Shown piece after piece: positions 24,107 through 31,054 of a DNA stretch of 64,000 bases (its first letter is position 1; the number at the start of each line of letters is the position of its first letter). Made by a program: the position numbers and the translations under genes. The DNA is from a virus. Location of the stretch: positions 1 to 64,000 of IMG/VR virus record IMGVR_UViG_3300045988_012220. One strand, written 5' to 3'. The notes beneath the pieces were generated by a model, which was not told the origin of the DNA, did not search any database, and saw nothing but the letters and a program-made list of their open reading frames with translations.

Positions 24107-24377
24107 CTTTTATATCGTTTAAAGCGTTTACAACCTCAGCTTTGGTAGTCTTTGTTTTAGACTGCGCAATAAGCTTTTGTACAAGTTCGTCCTTATGAGG
24201 ATTACCTTTTTGTTCGTACATGTGCATAAGGATTGCTGTGACATTCGCAAACTCTCTAGAGTTTTTGTCAAGTGTGTCTACAAGCTCCTCAAGTTCTTCA
24301 ATTGTATATTTTCCTGGCTTGTGCAAGAACTTTCCATCTTTATCGTACAGGTTACTATATTTACTAATTTTTCCCAT
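23979..24377 (-). CDS. hypothetical protein (the last ~40 codons look like out-of-frame read of 23888..24106)
   Basis: ORF track, 132 aa. The N-terminal 90 residues are protein-like. The tail TREDGSRAEGCISDTPERVRELRGRSRTNE is Arg/Thr-rich. Confidence 0.55.
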   Translation of the reverse strand: MGKISKYSNLYDKDGKFLHKPGKYTIEELEELVDTLDKNSREFANVTAILMHMYEQKGNPHKDELVQKLIAQSKTKTTKAEVVNALNDIKDEETREDGSRAEGCISDTPERVRELRGRSRTNETDTTISTAA

Positions 24378-24467
24378 TACTATTTGCTCCTTTAAGTATT
24401 ACCCAACCAGCCGTAACAGCTATAATTGGAATGATTAAAAATATGGTTATTATATCAAATGGACTCA
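24360..24467 (-). CDS. tiny membrane ORF (about 35 codons)
   Basis: Own translation: MSPFDIITIFLIIPIIAVTAGWVILKGANSNGKN, then TAG and TAA. Overlaps the start of 23979..24377. Confidence 0.3.
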
Positions 24468-24548
24468 TCTTTTTCTGGTTCGTAAAATCCTAATCTTCTA
24501 CCGTTTTTCTCGGCTCTTTGTATTATTTCTGCAGCTCTTAAATAGTCT

Positions 24549-25004
24549 TTATCTTTTGCTATCTTGCTCAGCATGGGCTATGTATTTTGTGCACTCTTCC
24601 TCTATAATTTCACCATCGTCGTTACGTGTTAAATGCGTATATTTCTTCTTTGATCTATTGAATTTAAACGCTCTAAACGCTTTATCTCGCTCCTATTTGT
24701 CATCGTATCTGTGAATATATTTCATCATTTGTGTAGCGTTTACAGACCCTGCTACGCCAAGATTACATAGGTTTTTAATAAAGCTCATAGCCCCATCTTC
24801 GCCAAACTTATGCTTTAGCATACTGTACTCTTTAAGGCTCTTCTAAAACCATTGGTTGTCTACATCATATACTGGATCTTGCTCAACAATGTATGCTATA
24901 TTTATAGGCACACCGTGCACAAAGAAGTATTTGCACTACTATGTACAGGGTTTGTTTTGATATTGTAGAGATAAGAAGTCAGCGTAATATAGTACGGCGC
25001 TCAT
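24549..25004 (-). CDS. hypothetical protein with 4 in-frame TAG
   Basis: Own translation with TAG as sense, 151 aa: MSAVLYYADFLSLQYQNKPCT[TAG][TAG]CKYFFVHGVPINIAYIVEQDPVYDVDNQWF[TAG]KSLKEY...DDK[TAG]ERDKAF...AEQDSKR. Ends at TAA. The standard code leaves this 460-nt stretch ORF-less. Confidence 0.65.
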
Positions 25005-25015
25005 CTCAAACTAGT

Positions 25016-25411
25016 TCATCGTTTACTTGCTGTTTTATTTACACACTCTGTAAAGTACCCAATTAAGTATGCGAATACCTCATTTGTATCATCAGAGAGC
25101 TTAATGTGACACGCTTCAAGTATATCTACAGCTGCATGAAATGATTCGTGAGCAAATGTGTTTATATCATTATCATCATTCCAGATCTTGTTTACTACTA
25201 TGATTTCGCAATCTTCGTCCGTTGATTTATCATATGCTCCATTTACTGTATAAGCCGTATATTTAGACCATTCGCCATCATATATAGATGATTCATCTTG
25301 TCTAAACGCAAATCTTTTATCCATTACAGACTTATCAGGGTTAAGTATAACGAATAAGTTAAACCCATATACTGTATTATATTTATCTATTATGCACTTC
25401 TTTTTATCCAT
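25016..25411 (-). CDS. hypothetical protein (first gene of the minus-strand block)
   Basis: ORF track, 131 aa, TGA stop. Confidence 0.7.
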   Translation of the reverse strand: MDKKKCIIDKYNTVYGFNLFVILNPDKSVMDKRFAFRQDESSIYDGEWSKYTAYTVNGAYDKSTDEDCEIIVVNKIWNDDNDINTFAHESFHAAVDILEACHIKLSDDTNEVFAYLIGYFTECVNKTASKR

Positions 25412-25422
25412 ACTATTCTTAT

Positions 25423-25502
25423 TAGTCTTACTATTATTACTAAGCTTATATATAGCTCTACTATACTTATATAGTCCTACTATAGTTGTATAGTCTTACT
25501 AT
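25423..25502. repeat. iteron-like array, 4 copies of TAG(T/C)(C/T)(T/C)TACTAT
   Basis: TAGTCTTACTAT at 25423, TAGCTCTACTAT at 25453, TAGTCCTACTAT at 25472, TAGTCTTACTAT at 25491 (spacing 30/19/19). Located in the divergent intergenic region. Confidence 0.6.
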
Positions 25503-25657
25503 ACTGTAATAACTGTACTACTAAAGTAGATCTCCTAAAGAGAATATATAAGAGAAAGGGTTCTTAGCCTGACTAACCCCTACTATCCCCCTAACGTAAA
25601 AAAGCTAAAAAAGTTGCATATCGAACAGAAAAGTGCAATTTATATAAAATTTTTATG

Positions 25658-25664
25658 TAGTTTG
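25658..25664 (+). promoter_or_regulatory. Bacteroidota-type -7 promoter box candidate (TAnnTTTG)
   Basis: TAGTTTG, 53 nt upstream of the first plus-strand ATG (25717). The match to the known Bacteroides -7 consensus is motif-level only. Confidence 0.3.
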
Positions 25665-25716
25665 CAACCATTTTAACAAAAGTTTACGTTATGGCGGCGT
25701 AAAACAATTAAATTTA

Positions 25717-26142
25717 ATGGATATGACAAAGATTTTAAAGGTTATTAAGCCTTTCTTCGTAATGGAAGTTGGCGATACATTTGAGTACAACTACAAAACA
25801 AAGGAGTACAAGAGTGTATATAACGAAGAGCATAATAGCTCAAATGAAGAGAATTCTACAGTTGTTTCCTCATACAATTCTGTTTACACTATTTCTGAAG
25901 ACTATGCAAAGATGCTGGTTGAGAACGGTTACCTTGAAGAGGTTATGCAGAACACAAGTGCTGATAAGCAGTTTGTAAACATCTTCGACGAGATCGATCA
26001 TTTGCTTATTCAGTATAATACAGATCTGAATATCCTCTTAAACTCTGACGATGATACTCCTCAGTGTTTGAAGGTTGAAAAGGAAACAGTTCTTCGCAAT
26101 ATGATTAAATTACTTAAACATCTCAAGTCGTTGAAAAAGTAA
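25717..26142 (+). CDS. hypothetical protein
   Basis: ORF track, 141 aa, TAA stop. Confidence 0.75.
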   Translation: MDMTKILKVIKPFFVMEVGDTFEYNYKTKEYKSVYNEEHNSSNEENSTVVSSYNSVYTISEDYAKMLVENGYLEEVMQNTSADKQFVNIFDEIDHLLIQYNTDLNILLNSDDDTPQCLKVEKETVLRNMIKLLKHLKSLKK

Positions 26143-26143
26143 T

Positions 26144-26575
26144 ATGGAAGAAGAGAAGATGATAGATCAGACACAGTTGGCAGAGGACTTAAGCTCAAAG
26201 ATAAAGTATGAGTTTAGGTAGATGTTCTTAGTAAAGCCGCTTGAGTCTGTTAAAGTTAAAAAGAAGATCTCCGAACCTGTGGCTAAGGATACTAAGCCAA
26301 AGAAGGATAAGGATGGGATCGAGGCAGTTGATTATGATGAAGTAAAGACAGAGATTAAGGAAGTTGATTCAGATTTCTCTAGAGCTGTTGTACTTAAGTT
26401 GCCATATGAGTACACACACCCATATGTTGATGAAAAGATTCAGCAGATGCCTATCAAGGTTGGTGATATTGTTATATACAGATCTGCTAGAGGAGCTATG
26501 TATTTCGACTTACTTAAAGATTCTCAACTTGTATCTCTTTACGATATTGTAGCAACAGAGACAGTAGAGAAGTGA
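26144..26575 (+). CDS. hypothetical protein (1 in-frame TAG at 26219)
   Basis: The ATG at 26144 is in frame with track ORF 26222..26575 across one TAG: MEEEKMIDQTQLAEDLSSKIKYEFR[TAG]MFLVKPLE... Confidence 0.65.
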
Positions 26576-26805
26576 TGAATATAGATAAAGTTTGTAAATA
26601 GATCGGACAGAAATTAAATGAAGATCCAGAACTAGTAAAGCAAATAGTAATGCATTAGTTCTAGTTTGTAGTTGATGTTATGAAAGACACAGATGACACT
26701 AGAGATGTGTTATTAAACAAACTATTTAGATTCAAGCTTAAGAATAGATTTAAAGACAATAAGAATAAACCATTAAGTCCATATGAAGAAGATAATAAAC
26801 ATTGA
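26575..26805 (+). CDS. hypothetical protein (3 in-frame TAG)
   Basis: Own translation: MNIDKVCK[TAG]IGQKLNEDPELVKQIVMH[TAG]F[TAG]FVVDVMKDTDDTRDVLLNKLFRFKLKNRF... TGATG start overlap, TGA stop at 26803. Confidence 0.6.
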
Positions 26806-27151
26806 TCGCAAGCCTATTATAGTTGACACAGAGACTGCTTTTGTAACATCGATAGATAGATCCACAAGAGGCATTGATGATGTATACGTTGTTCCAGAAG
26901 ACGCTCACATTGAATGGAGATCAAGAATGTTTCCAGATAAAACCATTGAAGCAGATGTAAACAAAGATGACATTCTTGTTACATTCTACGACAAAGATCT
27001 CGGTACAGACTTTGTGATAATCAAGTCTAATGATTGGTTGAAAGCTCTTAATAATGCAGCAGATGCTGATCAAAAGAGAAAGGAAGAGTGGGCAGCTAAA
27101 CAGAGAGAAAACAAATCTGAAGATTTAGTTTGTGGAGACGCTTGTTGCTAA
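26783..27151 (+). CDS. hypothetical protein
   Basis: ORF track, 122 aa. Confidence 0.7.
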   Translation: MKKIINIDRKPIIVDTETAFVTSIDRSTRGIDDVYVVPEDAHIEWRSRMFPDKTIEADVNKDDILVTFYDKDLGTDFVIIKSNDWLKALNNAADADQKRKEEWAAKQRENKSEDLVCGDACC

Positions 27152-27170
27152 TCATGTTAATATTTAAGTT

Positions 27171-27494
27171 ATGAAGAAAGTTGTTAAAAAGACAGTTAAG
27201 GTAGTAAAGCCAAAGTACACAATTTCTATGATCGATGTAGCTAATGTAAGTGATATTACAGCATACTTTATTGGCCAGAAGATTTTAAATGGCATGAAGC
27301 TCACTGATTCAGATATTAGTACAATCGTATCAATTGTTACAGATATTGTACTTGAGGATCTTATGCCAGAGGATTGTTCGGCTATCGTAAATGACGGCGG
27401 TGTATATAGAAAGTGTACAGCCGTTAGAGTTGAGAACAAGGTTAAGAAGCCTTGGTATAAGAGAGTATGGAATTGGATTACTCGTACTAAGTAA
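27171..27494 (+). CDS. hypothetical protein
   Basis: ORF track, 107 aa. Confidence 0.7.
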   Translation: MKKVVKKTVKVVKPKYTISMIDVANVSDITAYFIGQKILNGMKLTDSDISTIVSIVTDIVLEDLMPEDCSAIVNDGGVYRKCTAVRVENKVKKPWYKRVWNWITRTK

Positions 27495-27504
27495 TCACCT
27501 TTAG

Positions 27505-27578
27505 AGTCTATTAGTCAAACGGTAAAGACAGCCCGATATAAAGGGAATAGTTAGCAGGTTCGACTCCTGCATAGACTC
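27505..27578 (+). tRNA. tRNA-like gene with canonical acceptor and T arm but a 3-bp anticodon stem and 8-nt loop GATATAAA (anticodon unresolved)
   Basis: AGTCTAT-TA-GTC(A)-..GG..-GAC-A-(G)CCC-GATATAAA-GGG(A)-..-GCAGG-TTCGACT-CCTGC-ATAGACT-C. Confidence 0.5.
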
Positions 27579-27728
27579 CAATTATTTTTCATTGTAAAAG
27601 TTTTTTAAATTTAATTTATCAAAGTGGCATCCATGTGTGTACACTATAAATAAAAGGCTACCATGGTAAGCTGACACATGGACCCAATACTGGTTCTGCG
27701 TAACTCCAGCTAAAGGTTACGTGCTTAT

Positions 27729-27799
27729 CGCGGGATGGTGAAATGGTATCACGTGTGGCTCATAACCATAGATTGCTAGTTCGACTCTAGCTCCCGCAA
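27729..27799 (+). tRNA. tRNA-Met (anticodon CAU) with C1.A72 mismatch
   Basis: CGCGGGA-TG-GTGA-AATGGTA-TCAC-G-TGTGG-CTCATAA-CCATA-GATT-GCTAG-TTCGACT-CTAGC-TCCCGCA-A. Initiator, elongator or Ile2 identity is not resolvable by eye. Confidence 0.85.
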
Positions 27800-27952
27800 C
27801 ACTGAGCTTCGATAGTGTGGTGTTCTACATATTTGGCCACCAGAAGCGAAATTGATATCAGAAAAATATGTCGGCTACAATGGTTTGAAGTGTAGCAATG
27901 TAGTTTTAGGCAGATAAAAAGCTCGATAGCCTAAGGTGAGCTTCTACAATAT

Positions 27953-28025
27953 TGCCCTATGGTGTACCGCCTGTGCACAACTGTCCCTAAAACAGTAGGT
28001 CTCCGATGGACACGGAGTGGGGCTA
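27953..28025 (+). tRNA. amber suppressor tRNA (anticodon CUA), non-canonical D and T loops
   Basis: TGCCCTA-TG-GTGT-ACCGCCTGT-GCAC-A-ACTGT-CCCTAAA-ACAGT-AGGT-CTCCG-ATGGACA-CGGAG-TGGGGCT-A. Perfect 5-bp anticodon stem with CTA at 27987-27989. C33 replaces U33. The D loop lacks GG and the T loop lacks TTC. Confidence 0.75.
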
Positions 28026-28069
28026 CTAATAAATACGTAGGTTAGAGGTGCGTATTAAATATATTCTAT

Positions 28070-28477
28070 ATGAAAACTAAAATATGCACTAAATGCGGTA
28101 TAGAAAAACCGCTTGATCAGTTTGTGAAGAATAGTAGCAAACCTGATGGCCTATCTCCCCAATGCAAGGAGTGTAAACATAAATATTATGAAGAGTATTA
28201 TAAGAAACATAAGAAAGAAATATATAAAAAGCATAAAGAGCGTAAGAATTTTTTAACACAGTATATGAGACAATTAAAATCAGAAGGCTGTATTATATGC
28301 GGAGAAAAAGATCAAGCGTGCTTGGACTTTCATCATCTTCATGATAAATCTTTTAACATAGGTAATCAATGTAGAGACAGAGGTGTCAACTCTATAAAGA
28401 AAGAAGTTGATAAATGTGTTGTATTGTGCGCGAATTGCCACAGAAAACTTCATTTTTACAATTTTACAATTGATTAG
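28070..28477 (+). CDS. HNH endonuclease
   Basis: ORF track, 135 aa. CTKCG...CKEC zinc knuckle, DFHHLHDKSFN...VVLCANCHRKLH HNH core. Confidence 0.85.
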   Translation: MKTKICTKCGIEKPLDQFVKNSSKPDGLSPQCKECKHKYYEEYYKKHKKEIYKKHKERKNFLTQYMRQLKSEGCIICGEKDQACLDFHHLHDKSFNIGNQCRDRGVNSIKKEVDKCVVLCANCHRKLHFYNFTID

Positions 28478-28497
28478 CTAAAAGATTATGTTTAGTC

Positions 28498-28522
28498 TGG
28501 GTTCGAATCCTAGTGGGGTAAC
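28498..28522 (+). other. orphan canonical T arm plus acceptor 3-prime strand (duplicate of the suppressor tRNA 3-prime half)
   Basis: CTGGG-TTCGAAT-CCTAG-TGGGGTA-A. The acceptor strand pairs with the suppressor 5-prime strand TGCCCTA (7 bp, 2 G.U). Lies 20 nt after the HNH stop. Confidence 0.5.
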
Positions 28523-28547
28523 AATAACAAACAATATTATAAATACT

Positions 28548-29093
28548 ATGGAGTTAAAATTTAAGAGACTTGAGGACGAAGCGGTCCTCCCTATTCGTAG
28601 CACAGAAGGTGCTGCAGGAATTGATTTGACATGCATTAAGATTGATACAGCTCTTAATGAAGCAAATCAGCTAATGTTGGTTTACCATACAGGATTGGCA
28701 GTTGAGATTCCTGCCGGATATGTTGGTTTACTTATACCACGCTCTAGTATTTGGAAGAAATCATTATGGCTTACTGATAATGTTGGAGTGATTGACGCTG
28801 ATTATAGAGGAGAGATTATAGCTATAATGAAAGCCACAACAGATGTGGTTCCTGCTATTTATAAGCAGGGCGAGCGCTTCTGTCAGTTGGTCATAGTTCC
28901 GGTGCCAGAATACGAGGTTACAGAAGTGTCTGAGCTTTCTGATACAAAACGAGGCGAGAATGGTTTTGGTTCAACTGGTACCGATAATAAGGAAGTTAGC
29001 GCAGCTGCGGGAACTGAGGCACAGGCTAGCGAACAGCCACAGTCCGTACCAGAGCAAGCGGCGGCACAAGATGGTGCTGAGGTAGGTGAGTGA
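28548..29093 (+). CDS. dut: dUTP diphosphatase (dUTPase) with Ala/Gln/Glu-rich C-terminal tail
   Basis: MELKFKRL...AAGIDL...PRSS...GVIDADYRGEI...RFCQLVI...RGENGFGSTG are the classic trimeric dUTPase motifs. Start set at the ATG at 28548, in frame with track ORF 28488..29093. Confidence 0.9.
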   Translation: MELKFKRLEDEAVLPIRSTEGAAGIDLTCIKIDTALNEANQLMLVYHTGLAVEIPAGYVGLLIPRSSIWKKSLWLTDNVGVIDADYRGEIIAIMKATTDVVPAIYKQGERFCQLVIVPVPEYEVTEVSELSDTKRGENGFGSTGTDNKEVSAAAGTEAQASEQPQSVPEQAAAQDGAEVGE

Positions 29094-29116
29094 CAAGCTT
29101 GACGATCCTACATAAA

Positions 29117-29144
29117 GGGGATTACCGAAAGGTAGTTCCCTTTT
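29117..29144 (+). terminator. rho-independent terminator
   Basis: GGGGATTACC-GAAA-GGTAGTTCCC followed by TTTT. Confidence 0.7.
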
Positions 29145-29179
29145 ACTGTTTATATATAAACAATATAGTATTAAATAAT

Positions 29180-31048
29180 ATGAATTTTAAGAAACAACCA
29201 TTAAAAGGTGTAGAAATACATGGCGCTCCACAAGTTGGTACGCGTACAGTAAATATCTTAATGGGCGAACACGCAAACGAATTTGTCCGTGGTGATATTA
29301 TGGATGCTAATGCAGTATTGCAGGCATTTGATGAGCTTAAGGGTAATGTTGATACAGATCACGATACTCTTGAAGAGCTTGTTAATGAAATCCATAAAAA
29401 TGCTAATAACATTAGCAATAATAGCACATAGATACAAAAAGTTGATGCAGCATCAAAGGCTAGAGACGAAAAGGAGAAAAACGATAGAACTGAAGCTGAC
29501 AACGCTCTCGGTCATAGAATTGATTAGGAGGCAGCTGCTCGTAAAGCAGCAGATGCAGCAGAGTTATCTAGAGCAACATAGGAAGAGGCTAGACTTGACG
29601 CAGCAATTAAAGCTGAGGCTAATACTAGAAAGCTTAACGATGATACTATTACAAGTGCGTTAAATGCAGAGATTGCCCGTGCAAAGGCTGCTGAGAAAGA
29701 TAACAGTAACTCAATCACAGCTGAGGCTGCTACAAGAAAGTCAGAAGATGATGCTATTAAGGGTCTTCTTCAGAACGAAGTTACTAGAGCTACAACCGCA
29801 GAAGCAACGCTTCAGAGTAATATAGATAGAGAAGCTGAAGAAAGAAAGGCAAGCGATAGCACCATAACAACTAACCTTGACAATGAAATAGCAAGGGCAA
29901 AGGCTGCCGAAAGAGACAACAATAACTCGATTACAGCAGAAGCCGCTACAAGAAAATCTGAGGATGATGCTATTAAGAATTCACTTCATAATGAGGTAAC
30001 TAGAGCCACTGCTGCAGAGGCAACCCTTTAGGGAAATATAGATAGAGAGGCTACAGAAAGAAAGAATAGTGATAAAACCATTACAACTAATCTGAATAAT
30101 GAAATAGCAAGAGCTAAAGCTGCTGAAAAAGATAACAAAGACAGAATTGATGTACTTGATGGAGATTCTAACACGGAAGGATCTTATAGAAAAGCTATTA
30201 AAGATCTTATCAACGGTGCCCCAGAAGCATATGATACCCTTAAAGAAATTGCTGACAAGCTTGAAGAAAATGATGATCTTAATCAGGCGATTAATGAAGC
30301 TATTGCCACAAAAGCATCTAAGGAAGAACTTAAAGCAGAGTCTGACAGAGCTAAAGGAGCAGAAGCTGATAATGCTGCTGCAATAACGGCAGAGAAGACT
30401 AGAGCTGAACAGGCAGAAAGTGATATCACTTCAAACCTCAACAAAGAGATAGATAGAGCTAAGAAGGCAGAGCAGGCTAACACCGCAGCTATTACAAGTG
30501 AGGTAACAAGGGCAACCGCTAAAGAGGAAGAGTTGGCTAATTCTATTACTGCAGAATCAAATAGAGCAAAGGCTGCTGAAGCTGATAATGCTACCGCAAT
30601 AACAGCCGAAAAAAACAGAGCTACATAGGCGGAGAGCGATATTGTCTCAAACCTTAATAAAGAGATAGATAGGGCAAAGAAGGCGGAACAGGCTAACTCT
30701 ACTGCTATAACAAGCGAGGTAACCAGAGCTACAGCTAAAGAGGAAGAACTGTCTAATTCTATTACCGCTGAAGCTAATACGGCTAGAGCTGCAGAAAAGG
30801 CAAACACAGATAAGATTAATACAGAAATTCAGGATAGAAAGAATGCCGATGCAACTCTTAATAGCGCAATTAATAAGGAGATAACAGATAGAACTGCTGC
30901 TATTTCTAATACAACAACAACTCTGAATAATAGTATTAATGAGGTTAGTACAAATCTTACAAACCTCACAACTACCGTAAACAACATTAGCGCAACTGTA
31001 TCGAATATTACAGCAATTACTACAGATTATATTAACGAATTAAGCTAA
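29180..31048 (+). CDS. tail fibre / coiled-coil repeat protein, 622 aa, at least 5 in-frame TAG
   Basis: Own reconstruction from the ATG at 29180 to the TAA at 31046. Contains two pairs of 72-aa (216-nt) repeats (..ITAEAATRKSEDDAIK..EVTRAT.AEATLQ.NIDREA.. and ..AITAEK.RA.QAESDI.SNLNKEIDRAKKAEQAN..). Confidence 0.8.
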
Positions 31049-31054
31049 TAAGAT

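Noticed and set aside
25423-25520. A CRISPR array, or similar arrays elsewhere in the window.
   Set aside because: The only tandem short repeats are 12-mers with 7-18-nt irregular spacers at the divergent junction. There are no 25-40-nt repeats with unique spacers and no cas genes in the window.
30283-30807. Minus-strand ORFs inside the plus-strand late block (30283..30807, 33200..33583, 47154..47648, 48082..48534, 53130..53624, 55275..55821, 58087..58551, 61474..61893, 62585..63064).
   Set aside because: They are antisense to reconstructed full-length late genes (fibre, MCP, Ig-domain protein and others). The Ala/Ser/Leu-rich 30283..30807 is just the complement of the periodic coiled-coil repeats.
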